Source: Ignavibacteria bacterium CG2_30_36_16
GTDB lineage: Bacteria; Bacteroidota; Ignavibacteria; Ignavibacteriales; Ignavibacteriaceae
Direction of reading: 5' to 3'
Assembly (NCBI GenBank): GCA_001873185.1
Contig: MNYQ01000136.1
Coordinates: 401-64,400 of the forward strand
Length of the DNA stretch: 64,000 nt
Made by a program: the position numbers and the translations under genes. Under the pieces are notes generated by a model. It did no database searches and was not told where the DNA came from. It was given only the letters and a program-made list of their open reading frames with translations. The first letter of the stretch is position 1, and every line of letters begins with the position of its first letter. Positions 1-10,360 of the stretch are shown in pieces.

Positions 1-1760
1 TATGTAGAACCGGAAGCAGGATTTGAAATATTAGACCAGTTAGTCCAAACGTCCTTTGCTCTTATTGCAAAATGATACGTCGAAGAAAAACCTAAACCGA
101 AAATAGTAATAGTTTCGATCGCACCGGCTGTGTCTACCTGTCCGGTAAAAGGTATTTCTGCAGCAGCGTAAAAAGTAGCTGAATCAGAAATAGGCGCGTT
201 CGACATTCTTATGTCGAAACCTGTAACCCCATTCATCGAAGAATCGAATGGAACTGTCCAGGATAAAGTAAGAGAATTTGAAGTTGGATCAATTACGGAA
301 AGATCAGTAATCGGATCAGGCGGAGTGTTATCCGGCGTACCTAATGAGATGAATGCAGCGTAAACGTCAATCAAACCCATTCCATAAGTGTTATCTTCGC
401 CGGGTGTTCCAAGGTCTTTAGCTGTATTATAAAGAGCCATTTTAATTTGTTTACCCGTAAGATTAGGTGCAAAAGATTTTAATAATGCAACAGCGCCAGC
501 TACATGAGGGCTTGCCATTGATGTTCCGTCCATTGTAGTATATCCGCCGCCTGGGTAAGATGATCGAACACCAACGCCTGGTGCAGAAGCTTCAGGTTTT
601 ATTAACAATGAACCTGTTCCGCCGCAAAGAGATGGACCGCGGCTTGAAAAACTTGCGATTGGATTGGTGCTGCCTCCAAGATAGGAAGCGCCGCTTATAG
701 CGCCGGTTGCCCAAATGTTAACTTCATCTGTGTTAATATTTTTTGGTTTAGTAATTGTTGAAGCTCCGGATCCGCTGTTTCCGGCTGAGAATACAACTGC
801 TATTCCCGCAGCTTCTACAGCATCCAAAGTTGTTTTATATATACCGGAGCATTCATTGGTAGTATTAGGATCGTACCAACTGTTGCTGATTGCTGCTGGC
901 ATATCATCAATCGTGTTTGGGTTTCCATCAGGGCTCATCGACCACTGAAAAGCTGCAATTGAGTTTGCAGTATGCGGACTTGTGCAGATAGTTTTTGCTG
1001 CGATCCATTCGGCATCCGGGGCTACGCCAACCGTATCGCCTGCGGCAGATCTCCCGGTCATTGTTCCCATTGTGTGCGTGCCGTGTCCATCGCAGTCACT
1101 CGGTGTAGTCGTGCCTGCAGGGTCAAACCATGCTTGAGAAGATGGAACGTGGTTACCGCGATATTTGTAATTCAAAGCCGGATGTGTGGGGTCAACTCCG
1201 GTGTCAATATCGAGCACAATTTGACCCTGCCCGGTTATACCGAGCGCCCATAATTTATTTGCGTTAATTATTTTTAATCCGGGTTCACTTCCAACCAAAG
1301 TTTCTGCAGGTCTTATATCAACAGGGCGGTCGAGTTCAAGGAAGGCATCAAGATCCATAAGACCAACGTCACTACGATTCATTAAATTTTTTATGATGGA
1401 AGATTTACATTCAACCATAAACATATTTGCAACCCAGAATGATTCATATTTGAATATTGAGCGGTTTTCAAGATTGTTTTCAAAATAAGCAATCATATCC
1501 GGTTGTGTTGAATTAGCTTTATTCTGAAGTGCAGTTATAACTTCATACGCTCTTCTTTCGAGCGAAGCATTTTCTCTATATAACTTTGCATCCAGGGAAA
1601 GAATATCTACCTGATCCTGCAAGTAAACAAGAACACGTATATAATCTTCCGGGTTGCTGTTACGCATTGCGTTTAGTAAGCGCGTGCTTACCTCTGGCTG
1701 TGCCTGCATTAAGGAAGAGAGCAGAAGCAGGAAAACGAAAATTGGAACTAACTTTTTCAA
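1..1760 (-). CDS. Secreted subtilisin-like serine peptidase (S8 family); C-terminus runs off the window start
   Basis: Not in the ORF track because it is open at the window edge. My reverse-strand translation from TTG at 1760 (AGGAG about 8 nt upstream) gives a signal peptide LKKLVPIFVFLLLLSSLMQA. It then shows the S8 triad contexts DIDTGV, HGTHTMG and GTSMASPHVAG, followed by an FN3-like tail that continues past position 1. Confidence 0.85.
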   Translation of the reverse strand, partial: MKKLVPIFVFLLLLSSLMQAQPEVSTRLLNAMRNSNPEDYIRVLVYLQDQVDILSLDAKLYRENASLERRAYEVITALQNKANSTQPDMIAYFENNLENRSIFKYESFWVANMFMVECKSSIIKNLMNRSDVGLMDLDAFLELDRPVDIRPAETLVGSEPGLKIINANKLWALGITGQGQIVLDIDTGVDPTHPALNYKYRGNHVPSSQAWFDPAGTTTPSDCDGHGTHTMGTMTGRSAAGDTVGVAPDAEWIAAKTICTSPHTANSIAAFQWSMSPDGNPNTIDDMPAAISNSWYDPNTTNECSGIYKTTLDAVEAAGIAVVFSAGNSGSGASTITKPKNINTDEVNIWATGAISGASYLGGSTNPIASFSSRGPSLCGGTGSLLIKPEASAPGVGVRSSYPGGGYTTMDGTSMASPHVAGAVALLKSFAPNLTGKQIKMALYNTAKDLGTPGEDNTYGMGLIDVYAAFISLGTPDNTPPDPITDLSVIDPTSNSLTLSWTVPFDSSMNGVTGFDIRMSNAPISDSATFYAAAEIPFTGQVDTAGAIETITIFGLGFSSTYHFAIRAKDVWTNWSNISNPASGST

Positions 1761-1999
1761 GTAAGAGGCTCCTATAATTAGTGAATAAATATTGGTGTAA
1801 AAAGACAAAACAAATTAGGAATAAAAGATAATTGTGGCAACACGCTGAATAAAAAAACTTTGTGATTTGTTGATGAAATATATTTTAAAACGGATGCCTT
1901 CACTCGTTAAAAGTCTTTTCGGTAAAAAATATTCTCCTCTAACTTTACTTTTAATTTTCAACGGTATAAATTAGTACGCAAGCAAATATTTATTATTAA

Positions 2000-2099
2000 C
2001 CTTTAAGACCAGACAGAGAGATGGAAAAGGAACTAATTTTGGAAATATCAAATTAATAGAAAGGAACCTCCAAGGAATTTTTTCCGCGGGGGATTTTTT
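2000..2099 (+). promoter_or_regulatory. Candidate PyrR-responsive leader: PyrR-box-like stem-loop plus a U-tailed hairpin that overlaps the pyrR ribosome-binding region
   Basis: 2000-2030 CCTTTaagaCCAgacagagagaTGGaAAAGG is a stem-loop with a CAGAGAGA-type loop resembling the UCCAGAGAGG PyrR box. 2065-2093 AACCTCCAAGGAA-tttt-TTCCGCGGGGGA is an imperfect hairpin followed by TTTTTT (2094-2099), and ATG follows at 2104. Confidence 0.35.
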
Positions 2100-2103
2100 G
2101 TTT

Positions 2104-2649
2104 ATGGACATAAAAGCAAAATTAATAGACGAAACCGGACTTCAGCGCATAATTACAAGAATGGCGCATGAAATTTTAGAAAGAAATAAAGGCTCCAAAA
2201 ACCTAATTCTTATGGGTATGCGTACCCGTGGTGAATTTGTTGCCAACCGATTATTCGAAAAAATAAAAGAGATTGAGGGTATCGAACTTCCTCTCGGAAT
2301 ACTTGATGTTACTCTTTATCGTGATGATTTTAGAACACGGCTTAAACAGCCGCAAGTGTCGGTTTCTAATATAACATTCGACATAACAGAAAAGGACATC
2401 ATACTAATTGATGATGTTCTTTACACCGGGCGCACAGTCCGATCTGCTCTTGATGCTCTGATGGATATGGGAAGACCGGGAACCATTCAACTTTGCGTAC
2501 TAATAGACAGAGGTCACAGAGAACTTCCAATACGTGCAGATTACGTCGGCAAAAATATTCCAACATCAATTAACGAAGAAGTAAAAGTAAAAATGCGGGA
2601 ATATGACGGAGAAGATGCTGTTTATTTAATAGACACGAAAGAACAATAA
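2104..2649 (+). CDS. pyrR: Bifunctional pyrimidine operon regulator / uracil phosphoribosyltransferase PyrR
   Basis: Shows the PRTase motif [12 protein letters not shown] and the family-typical N-terminus ([20 protein letters not shown]). It lies directly upstream of pyrB and pyrC. The start is more likely ATG 2104 than the track's TTG 2098. Confidence 0.9.
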   Translation: MDIKAKLIDETGLQRIITRMAHEILERNKGSKNLILMGMRTRGEFVANRLFEKIKEIEGIELPLGILDVTLYRDDFRTRLKQPQVSVSNITFDITEKDIILIDDVLYTGRTVRSALDALMDMGRPGTIQLCVLIDRGHRELPIRADYVGKNIPTSINEEVKVKMREYDGEDAVYLIDTKEQ

Positions 2650-2667
2650 AAGTGAAAGAGATATAAT

Positions 2668-3588
2668 ATGCCTTTATCAAGCAGACACTTATTGGGTCTT
2701 CAGGGCGTTCCTAAAGAAGATATACAATTGATCCTCGATACTGCAACTACATTCCGCGAGGTGCTCGAACGTCCGGTAAAAAAGGTCCCGACACTACAGG
2801 GCAAAACCATCGTAAATTTATTTTATGAAAACTCCACGCGCACAAGAATATCATTTGAACTTGCGCAAAAAAGACTTTCTGCCGATACTGTTAATTTTTC
2901 TATATCTACAAGCAGTGTTAGCAAAGGTGAAACATTTAAAGATACTATCCGCAACATCGAAGCAATGAAAGTTGATATGGTTGTTGTGCGCCATGCAGCA
3001 GCCGGAACGCCTCTCTATCTAACAAAACTTTGCGATGCTAATATTATCAACGCGGGCGACGGAATACACGAACACCCAACGCAGGCATTACTTGATATCT
3101 ATTCAATTCACGAAAAACTCGGGCGTTTAGCGGGATTAAAGGTTTGCATCGTTGGCGATGTTGCGCACAGCCGGGTTGCGTTGTCAAATATTTTCGGATT
3201 AAAAACAATGGGCGCAGAAGTCTCGGTTTGCGGACCTTCTACAATGATCCCGCGCCAGATTGAAGAACTTGGAGTAAAAGTTTATTACAACATTGATGAG
3301 GCTATTCAGGCAAACGATGTACTTAACGTTCTCCGCATCCAACTCGAAAGAAAAGCCCGCGAATATTTTCCTTCGCTGCGTGAGTATTCGAACTACTTTG
3401 GAATTACCGAAGAACGTCTTGAAAAAAATGGTAAAGATATTTTGATACTTCATCCCGGTCCAATTAACCGGGGAGTTGAAATTTCATCCGGAGTGGCAGA
3501 CGGTAATAGACAAATAATTTTACAGCAAGTAACTAACGGTGTTGCAGTCCGTATGGCTGTGCTTTATTTACTCGGCACAATGAACTAA
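2668..3588 (+). CDS. pyrB: Aspartate carbamoyltransferase catalytic subunit
   Basis: 306 aa with the ATCase motifs NSTRTR, HEHPTQ and HPGPINRG. Confidence 0.93.
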   Translation: MPLSSRHLLGLQGVPKEDIQLILDTATTFREVLERPVKKVPTLQGKTIVNLFYENSTRTRISFELAQKRLSADTVNFSISTSSVSKGETFKDTIRNIEAMKVDMVVVRHAAAGTPLYLTKLCDANIINAGDGIHEHPTQALLDIYSIHEKLGRLAGLKVCIVGDVAHSRVALSNIFGLKTMGAEVSVCGPSTMIPRQIEELGVKVYYNIDEAIQANDVLNVLRIQLERKAREYFPSLREYSNYFGITEERLEKNGKDILILHPGPINRGVEISSGVADGNRQIILQQVTNGVAVRMAVLYLLGTMN

Positions 3589-3605
3589 GAAAAGGAATTT
3601 AAAAT

Positions 3606-4898
3606 ATGAAAATAGTATTACGAAATTTAAAGCTTGTGCATCCGCTTCAAAACTTTGATGATGAGATGAAAGATATTTTGATTGTTGACGGAGTAATAGA
3701 AAAGATTGGAAGTTTAACCAAACAAGAAACCGACAATGCAAAAGAGCTCGACTTTACCGGCAAAGTTGCTGCCCCAGGATTTTTTGATATGCACGTTCAT
3801 TTACGCGAGCCTGGAAGAGAAGATGAAGAAACAGTTGTAACTGGCTGCGATGCTTCTGCCGCAGGCGGTTTTACTGGAATTGCCTGCATGCCCAACACTG
3901 AACCGGCAATTGATTCGGCTGAAGTAATTGAGTTGATAAAGAAAAAAGCAAAAGGACATCTTGTAGATGTTTATCCAATTGCCGCAGCAACAGTTAACCG
4001 TAAAGGAGAAGTTATCTCGCCAATGGCAGAACTGCATGAAGCCGGTGCAGTGGGATTTTCGGATGACGGCGCACCAATAAAAACCGCCTCAATTGTTAAA
4101 CGTGCGCTCGAATATTCTAAGATGTACAATCTCCCTATCATCGAACATTGCGAGGAAGAAACACTTGCCGGGGGCGCAATGAATGAAAGCATAAATTCTA
4201 CGCTGCTCGGACTCACTCCAATTCCATCTGTTGCAGAAGATTTAATTGTTATGCGCGATATTATGCTTGCAGAATATACCGGCGGGAAAGTTCATATAGC
4301 TCACATCAGCACAAAAAATGCCGTTGAATTAGTGCGGCAGGCGAAACATAAAGGGCTTAACGTAACGGCAGAAGTAACTCCTCATCATTTCACGTTAACG
4401 GATGACTCATTGAAAACTTACGATACAAATTATAAAATGAATCCCCCGCTTCGAACCAGAGCAGATGTGGATGCTATTCTCGAAGGATTAAAAGACGGAA
4501 CAATCGACTGTATTGCAAGCGATCATGCACCTCATTCGATTGAAGAGAAAGAAGCCGAGTTCGAGTATGCGCCTAACGGAATAATCGGTCTCGAAACTCA
4601 GATCGGGATTGCTATGACAGAACTTTATCATAAAAAAATTCTCCCGTTCCAAATAATTGTTGAGAAGTTTGCTGTCAATCCAAGAAAGATTTTAAATCTA
4701 ATGGTACCGCTTTTTCAAAAAGGTGAAAAAGCTAACTTAACTATTCTTGACCCTGATGAAATATGGACTGTTGATATCAGCAAGTTCAGAAGTAAATCAA
4801 TAAATTCTCCTTTTGACAAACGTCTTTTAACGGGGAAATCCGTTGCAGTAGTAAATAACAAAAAAATGTTTTACAAAAATGAGATGTTGGAAATTTAG
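3606..4898 (+). CDS. pyrC: Dihydroorotase
   Basis: 430 aa with the amidohydrolase metal motif DMHVHLREPG and the ASDHAPH motif. It lies in a pyr operon context. Confidence 0.92.
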   Translation: MKIVLRNLKLVHPLQNFDDEMKDILIVDGVIEKIGSLTKQETDNAKELDFTGKVAAPGFFDMHVHLREPGREDEETVVTGCDASAAGGFTGIACMPNTEPAIDSAEVIELIKKKAKGHLVDVYPIAAATVNRKGEVISPMAELHEAGAVGFSDDGAPIKTASIVKRALEYSKMYNLPIIEHCEEETLAGGAMNESINSTLLGLTPIPSVAEDLIVMRDIMLAEYTGGKVHIAHISTKNAVELVRQAKHKGLNVTAEVTPHHFTLTDDSLKTYDTNYKMNPPLRTRADVDAILEGLKDGTIDCIASDHAPHSIEEKEAEFEYAPNGIIGLETQIGIAMTELYHKKILPFQIIVEKFAVNPRKILNLMVPLFQKGEKANLTILDPDEIWTVDISKFRSKSINSPFDKRLLTGKSVAVVNNKKMFYKNEMLEI

Positions 4899-5151
4899 TT
4901 GACTCATTTGCGGAAAAATGTACAATCCGTTTGCTAAAGGATGAAGAATGAGCATTGAATATCTGCATGATCTTCCCGGCATATTCAAATTACCGTTTCT
5001 ACCAAGAACTACTCTTTTTTTTTATACATATCAACTGTTCACCATTTAGTACACAACACACTAAAAAGCTTTGTTTATAACCATTAGACTCACTTTATTT
5101 ATGGCATTTGATTTGCAAACCACTATATGAACTTTAATAGAAGGTGATGCC

Positions 5152-5988
5152 ATGAAAAAGACAACTTTATATCTATCAATTGCAGCCGCAGCATTATTTC
5201 TCTCGGCTTGCCAGATTAACGATCCAAATAATTATTACGAAATAGATAACACTCCGCCCGCTCCGCCTGAAGGCTTGGTTGTTTATAACGGTGATAACCG
5301 TGCAGATATTGCATGGCTACATAACCGTGAAAATGACGTTGCCGGTTATAATGTTTACTACAGCGATACTTACGATGGAAGGTATACTTTAATCGGTTCG
5401 ACGAGCGATAATTATTTTATAGATTACGAAGCCGCAAACGGAGTAGAAACATTTTACGGAGTAGCAGCCTACGATTACAACGGAAACGAAAGCGAGTTGA
5501 GTTACGATGTGGCGTATGCAATTCCACGCCCCGAAGGTTTTAATCAGACTATCTATGATTATCTAAATTATCCAAATAATTCGGGTTATTCGTTCACAAG
5601 TTTTTCTTCAGTGCCTTATGATGATTTAAGTTCCGACTTTTTCTTTGAGAATTATCAAGGGCAATATTACTTAAATGTTTGGGACGATAGTGACATACAG
5701 GACATGGGCGCAACAACAGATATATATGACATTCCATTTGCTCCGGAAACCGGTTGGTCCTCCACAAAAGATGTTAGAGCGATAATTGGTCATACTTATG
5801 TTATCTGGACGTGGGACAATCATTTTGCAAAAATTAGAGTTAAAAATATCACCCGCGAGAGAATCGTTTTCGACTGGGCATTCCAGTTAGTTCCCGGCAG
5901 CACGATGTTAAAACCAAAAGCCGGCTCCGATGTTCGTAAATCTTTCAAAAATATTGTTGAAGAAAGAAAGACAAAAAGAAGTGAATAA
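5152..5988 (+). CDS. Lipoprotein with an FN3-like domain, function unknown
   Basis: Signal peptide with lipobox LSAC, followed by an FN3-like segment (PPAPPEGLVVYNGDNRADIAWLHNRENDVAGYNVYYS). Confidence 0.7.
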   Translation: MKKTTLYLSIAAAALFLSACQINDPNNYYEIDNTPPAPPEGLVVYNGDNRADIAWLHNRENDVAGYNVYYSDTYDGRYTLIGSTSDNYFIDYEAANGVETFYGVAAYDYNGNESELSYDVAYAIPRPEGFNQTIYDYLNYPNNSGYSFTSFSSVPYDDLSSDFFFENYQGQYYLNVWDDSDIQDMGATTDIYDIPFAPETGWSSTKDVRAIIGHTYVIWTWDNHFAKIRVKNITRERIVFDWAFQLVPGSTMLKPKAGSDVRKSFKNIVEERKTKRSE

Positions 5989-6059
5989 TTTAGAATAACT
6001 TAAAAATGTTCTTTTGGTTTTACATTAATTTATTGATTAAATTTAGGCTAAAGATACTG

Positions 6060-6518
6060 ATGATAATTAGAAAAAATATATGGTTAATCATTTTAATCTT
6101 TAGCCTTATTAATTTAATGGCTTATCCGCAGGATACTAACTTTTTTAACAAACTCGATTCGAGCAGGAACACCGCGCCAATATTAAAAAGCATTTTTTCA
6201 GATGTTGAAGAAGCGATTTCAAACGGTGATGTTTCGGCTTTATCACGGTATTTCGGTCCTCAAACGTACTTCAGCCTTTCAAATGGAATTAACGGTTACT
6301 ACAGTACCAATCAGGCTTTTTATGTTTTCGAAGATTTTTTTAAAATAAAAAAAGTTGTGTCCTTCAAATTTAACAACACGCAGGCAAGCGGTAGAAATCC
6401 ATACGCAACAGGAATTTATGTTTTCGAATCGAAGGGGAAAAGAGAAATCGCTCAAGTTTATATTTCACTTAAAACTGCCGGCGGTGGCTGGAAAATAACT
6501 CAAATTACTATTAATTGA
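6060..6518 (+). CDS. Small secreted protein, possibly DUF4783-like
   Basis: A start at ATG 6060 gives a clean signal peptide (MIIRKNIWLIILIFSLINLMA). The mature part (SNGDVSALSRYF...) resembles DUF4783 proteins from memory only. Confidence 0.55.
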   Translation: MIIRKNIWLIILIFSLINLMAYPQDTNFFNKLDSSRNTAPILKSIFSDVEEAISNGDVSALSRYFGPQTYFSLSNGINGYYSTNQAFYVFEDFFKIKKVVSFKFNNTQASGRNPYATGIYVFESKGKREIAQVYISLKTAGGGWKITQITIN

Positions 6519-9500
6519 TGGTAAAAAAACATTCAAAGAGATTTGAAGGCGATAGGAAATATTTTGCTATCGTCTTTTTTATTTTTTTTATTATTCTGCT
6601 TACAGGAATAATTACCCCCTATTTGTCGGATTTTAAACGCAGTAGTTGGAAGGACGAACTGACTGAAAAAATTTCTCAAATCCAATCTACAGTTACTCAA
6701 CTATTCAACGAAAGACAGTCTGAACTTATTACTGTTTCAAGCGCGCTTAAAAAACAACTTCACATAAATCTTAGCACAAAAAGCAAAACCTACGGCGACT
6801 TAATAGAGTTAATCAACAAGGAGACTTACAAAGATTATTCCTTACAGGTAGTTGCGCCAAACGGAAAAATAATTGCATGGAACGGAAAAATTGCAGTTCC
6901 TCAAAATGCAATATTTCCGCTGCAGCGTCCGGTTAGTGAAACTTTTTTTTATAGCAAAGAAATAATAACACACCTTACAGTAATTGATACCCTTTTAATT
7001 GAAAGCGATCAGTTTTATTTTATAGTTAGCCGCGAAATTGAAAAACATTATTCTCTTCAAAACGAGTACTATGTCGAAACTAATTTTAGCGACGAAATAT
7101 CCAACCGTTTCTTCACAAAGTTTTACATTGATTACAACCCCTTTACTTCAATAACAAAAGATGGAAGAAAATATTCCTTTGAACTTTTAAATAATGCGGG
7201 AAATAAAATTGGTCTTGTTACTCTAATAAAACCTGCGCTTGAAATTTCAATAAACAACTTCCACCAGCAGGTTACTAAAGTGCAGTCGGCGCTTGTTGTT
7301 TTAGCCGTTTTTTTCCTTGGACTCGGCTTTCGAAGAGAAAATAACCAATTAAAATTTAGATCATTAAAACTACTATTATTTGGCGCTTACCTCGCCTTAT
7401 TTAGATGGCTGATTTTTGTAGTGGAATTTCCATCCAATTTTATCGAAGGACCACTCACAGACCCTGCTTATTTTGCATCCGCATTCGGTATGGGAATAGT
7501 AAAATCTCCAGCCGAATTGTTCATTACCGTTTTGTTTGTTTTAATTTTTTCATTAAAAGTTTACACACATCTATTAAATTATATCGGTTTAAAACAAAAA
7601 TCCGGAACAAATAAACTGCTAAAAATTATATTTTCATCTGCAGCGGCACTGTTTTTTCTTTTAACTTTTAGAGGATTTGCAGCATCAGTTAAAAGTATAA
7701 TTTTCGACTCAACTCTGCGCTATTTCCGGGAACCGAATTTACTTCCGAATGAAATATCGTTAGTTATGAATTTGACTCTTCTGATGCTTGGAACTGCGAT
7801 CGTTCTTTTGCTCGGAAGTTATTTGCTGTCAATTTTATACAGTCTTTCATGGATAAACCGGCGTTACAAGATTTTAAGCTTTTGGCTCGCATTAATTTTA
7901 GCAGAATCGGCAGGAATAATTTACATCATTATACAAAAAGAACCGCTACTAACTCCTTTGATGAGCGTTCTTTTTATTGCCGCAATTTTTGTTTTTGCTT
8001 ACTGGGTTTATTTTGAAGACCGTAATTCGGTTTATAATTATGTTTATGCGGCGGTTATTGCTTCATTAATTTCAATTACCCTCCTCAACTTTTTTAATCT
8101 TGAACTCGAACGTGAGTCATTAAAAACAACTGCTTTTGAAATTAACCGCCCTAATGATAACCTTTTAAAATTTCTTGTTACGGAAACTATTAAGAGTGCA
8201 TCGAAAAATGATGAAGTTACTAATTCCTTTTCAGAAAGATTAACAAATTACGATGCAATTGCTTTTAAAATTTGGAGTCAAAGTCCGCTGCAGCACGAAG
8301 CAATGAATTCTACAGTTGTGCTTTTAGACAAAAATAAAAAACAACTCGGTAAATTTGAAATAGGAATGAATGCCGAATATATTCCTCAAGTTCCTGCAAA
8401 TTTCCGAAAGGATAGTGCAGTAACCTATGACACCGAATTCGAAAACGAAAGAAATAAAAAAATTTTCGGAAGCATAATTCCAATAATGGAAAGAAATATT
8501 CTAAAGGGTTTTATAGCAGCTTCTATCAGTTTCGATCTTGAAAGTTACGGCTCGGGCAATATGCCGGTTTTTCTCGAATCGCACAAAAATTATCTGAATT
8601 CAGTAATCGATCCTCGTGAAATAAAAATATTTGAATTCGAAGACACACAACTCGTTTCAGTTTACGGCGATATTTACCCTTCGCTTGATCAGGTAAAACC
8701 AATTCTTAATGCCAACTTTTCACCCGATCAGGAAACATGGTTAAACTTAAATTTAAATAATGAAATGTATGTCGCCTTCGTTATGCGCTATAATACTAAT
8801 GAGCATACGAAAACAACAGCGGTGCTTTTGCGCGAAAAACATTTTACATGGAATCTTTTTAACTTCTTTAAAATTTTCATAATTCACTCACTGTTTATTG
8901 TAATATTGTTCTTGATTTTGTTTCTGTCGAGGTTGAAATATTTCAAGTATTCATTCCGTGCACAGCTTTTAATTTCATTTTTAGTTATTTCAATTATTCC
9001 CGTTGTAATACTTGCAATTTACAATCGTCAAGTGGTTGATGAAAGAAGCCGGTTCGCTGTTTTTAACGAATTAGATGAAAGAATTAATTATATTGAAAAC
9101 CATATAAAGACACAATTAGCAAAACATGATGATAGAGATCTAACTACTGCTTTTTCGAATGCCGGCAGAGAATTAGGAATTTCGTACGGCGTTTATTCTT
9201 CTTCAAATTTAATTTTTAATTCCGATCAACAGTATTATGCAATCGGTTTGTTTCCCGATAAATTAGATCCTAAAGCTTATTACCAATTAAACTATTTAAG
9301 CTACCGCGAATTTCTGACTGAAGAAAAAGTGGAGAATTATTCATACAGCGCATTCTATAAGAAAATAAATATTAACGGAGAAGAATTTATTATTGGCGTT
9401 AATGAAGCTTTTAACAAGGTTAAAATTACTTTTTCCCTTATTGATGTAGATGTTTTCCTCTTCGGAATTTATTCGTTCGCAGTTATTATTATAATTATTA

Positions 9501-10360
9501 TAAGCACCTTGCTTGCGAATAAAATATCTGCGCCAATAAGAAAATTAACCAAAGCTACTGAAGCTGTGGGACATGGCGACTTAAACGTTGAACTTGTAAA
9601 TAAAGAAATAGGTGAACTGCGGGATCTGATTTCAAGTTTTAATTCAATGACGCGCGAACTGCAGCGAAACCAGGCGGAACTTGCGGCGATGGAACGTGAA
9701 AGCGCCTGGAAAGAAATGGCAAAGCAAGTAGCGCACGAAATTAAAAATCCTCTTACTCCGATGAAGCTTGCCGTGCAGCAGATGATTGCAACTTACCGGG
9801 ATAAATCTAAAAACTTTGAGGAAATATTTGAAAAACTTACGTCAACTATTTTAAACCAGGTAGATAGCCTAAGTGCAATTGCATCGGAGTTTTCGCGGTT
9901 TGCAAAAATGCCAAACATAAAACTTGAAAAAGTAGATCTTATTCCGGTTGCCCAGGATACGATAAATCTTTTTACGGATGAAAAAGTAAACATCAAACTA
10001 AACTGTGAAATTACCGAAGCGGTTGTAGAAGCCGACAATGCGCAGTTGAGAAGAATGTTCATCAACATGATTAGAAACGCAATTCAAGCCAATGCTGATA
10101 AAGTAACGATTGAAATTTATAAAACAGAAAATAGATTTGAGATAATTATTTCGGATAATGGACAAGGAATAGAAGAAGAAGACAAAGAAAAAATATTTCA
10201 AACTAATTTTACAACAAAAGAAAAAGGAATGGGAATAGGTTTGAAATTAGTAAAAAGATTTATCGAGGGAATAAATAGTTCAATTGATTTAATCAGTTCA
10301 ACTCCGGAAGGAACAATCTTTAAAATCGTTATTCCTCAATCAAACAATAGAGACGAATAA
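6518..10360 (+). CDS. Very large multi-pass membrane sensor histidine kinase (NtrY-like transmitter)
   Basis: About 1280 aa with many hydrophobic segments. It has a HAMP-like linker (APIRKLTKATEAVGHGDLNVEL), the H-box HEIKNPLTPM and ATPase boxes MIRNAIQAN, DNGQGI and GMGIGL. The start is TTG 6515 or ATG 6518. Confidence 0.88.
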   Translation: MVKKHSKRFEGDRKYFAIVFFIFFIILLTGIITPYLSDFKRSSWKDELTEKISQIQSTVTQLFNERQSELITVSSALKKQLHINLSTKSKTYGDLIELINKETYKDYSLQVVAPNGKIIAWNGKIAVPQNAIFPLQRPVSETFFYSKEIITHLTVIDTLLIESDQFYFIVSREIEKHYSLQNEYYVETNFSDEISNRFFTKFYIDYNPFTSITKDGRKYSFELLNNAGNKIGLVTLIKPALEISINNFHQQVTKVQSALVVLAVFFLGLGFRRENNQLKFRSLKLLLFGAYLALFRWLIFVVEFPSNFIEGPLTDPAYFASAFGMGIVKSPAELFITVLFVLIFSLKVYTHLLNYIGLKQKSGTNKLLKIIFSSAAALFFLLTFRGFAASVKSIIFDSTLRYFREPNLLPNEISLVMNLTLLMLGTAIVLLLGSYLLSILYSLSWINRRYKILSFWLALILAESAGIIYIIIQKEPLLTPLMSVLFIAAIFVFAYWVYFEDRNSVYNYVYAAVIASLISITLLNFFNLELERESLKTTAFEINRPNDNLLKFLVTETIKSASKNDEVTNSFSERLTNYDAIAFKIWSQSPLQHEAMNSTVVLLDKNKKQLGKFEIGMNAEYIPQVPANFRKDSAVTYDTEFENERNKKIFGSIIPIMERNILKGFIAASISFDLESYGSGNMPVFLESHKNYLNSVIDPREIKIFEFEDTQLVSVYGDIYPSLDQVKPILNANFSPDQETWLNLNLNNEMYVAFVMRYNTNEHTKTTAVLLREKHFTWNLFNFFKIFIIHSLFIVILFLILFLSRLKYFKYSFRAQLLISFLVISIIPVVILAIYNRQVVDERSRFAVFNELDERINYIENHIKTQLAKHDDRDLTTAFSNAGRELGISYGVYSSSNLIFNSDQQYYAIGLFPDKLDPKAYYQLNYLSYREFLTEEKVENYSYSAFYKKININGEEFIIGVNEAFNKVKITFSLIDVDVFLFGIYSFAVIIIIIISTLLANKISAPIRKLTKATEAVGHGDLNVELVNKEIGELRDLISSFNSMTRELQRNQAELAAMERESAWKEMAKQVAHEIKNPLTPMKLAVQQMIATYRDKSKNFEEIFEKLTSTILNQVDSLSAIASEFSRFAKMPNIKLEKVDLIPVAQDTINLFTDEKVNIKLNCEITEAVVEADNAQLRRMFINMIRNAIQANADKVTIEIYKTENRFEIIISDNGQGIEEEDKEKIFQTNFTTKEKGMGIGLKLVKRFIEGINSSIDLISSTPEGTIFKIVIPQSNNRDE

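Noticed and set aside
715-1777. Three + strand ORFs (715-948, 972-1253, 1586-1777)
   Set aside because: They lie antisense to a continuous minus-strand reading frame with clear S8 protease motifs. They are shadow ORFs.
3199-4968. Minus-strand ORFs inside pyrB and pyrC (3199-3453, 3801-4037, 3971-4216, 4786-4968)
   Set aside because: They lie antisense to well-supported pyr genes and show no motifs.
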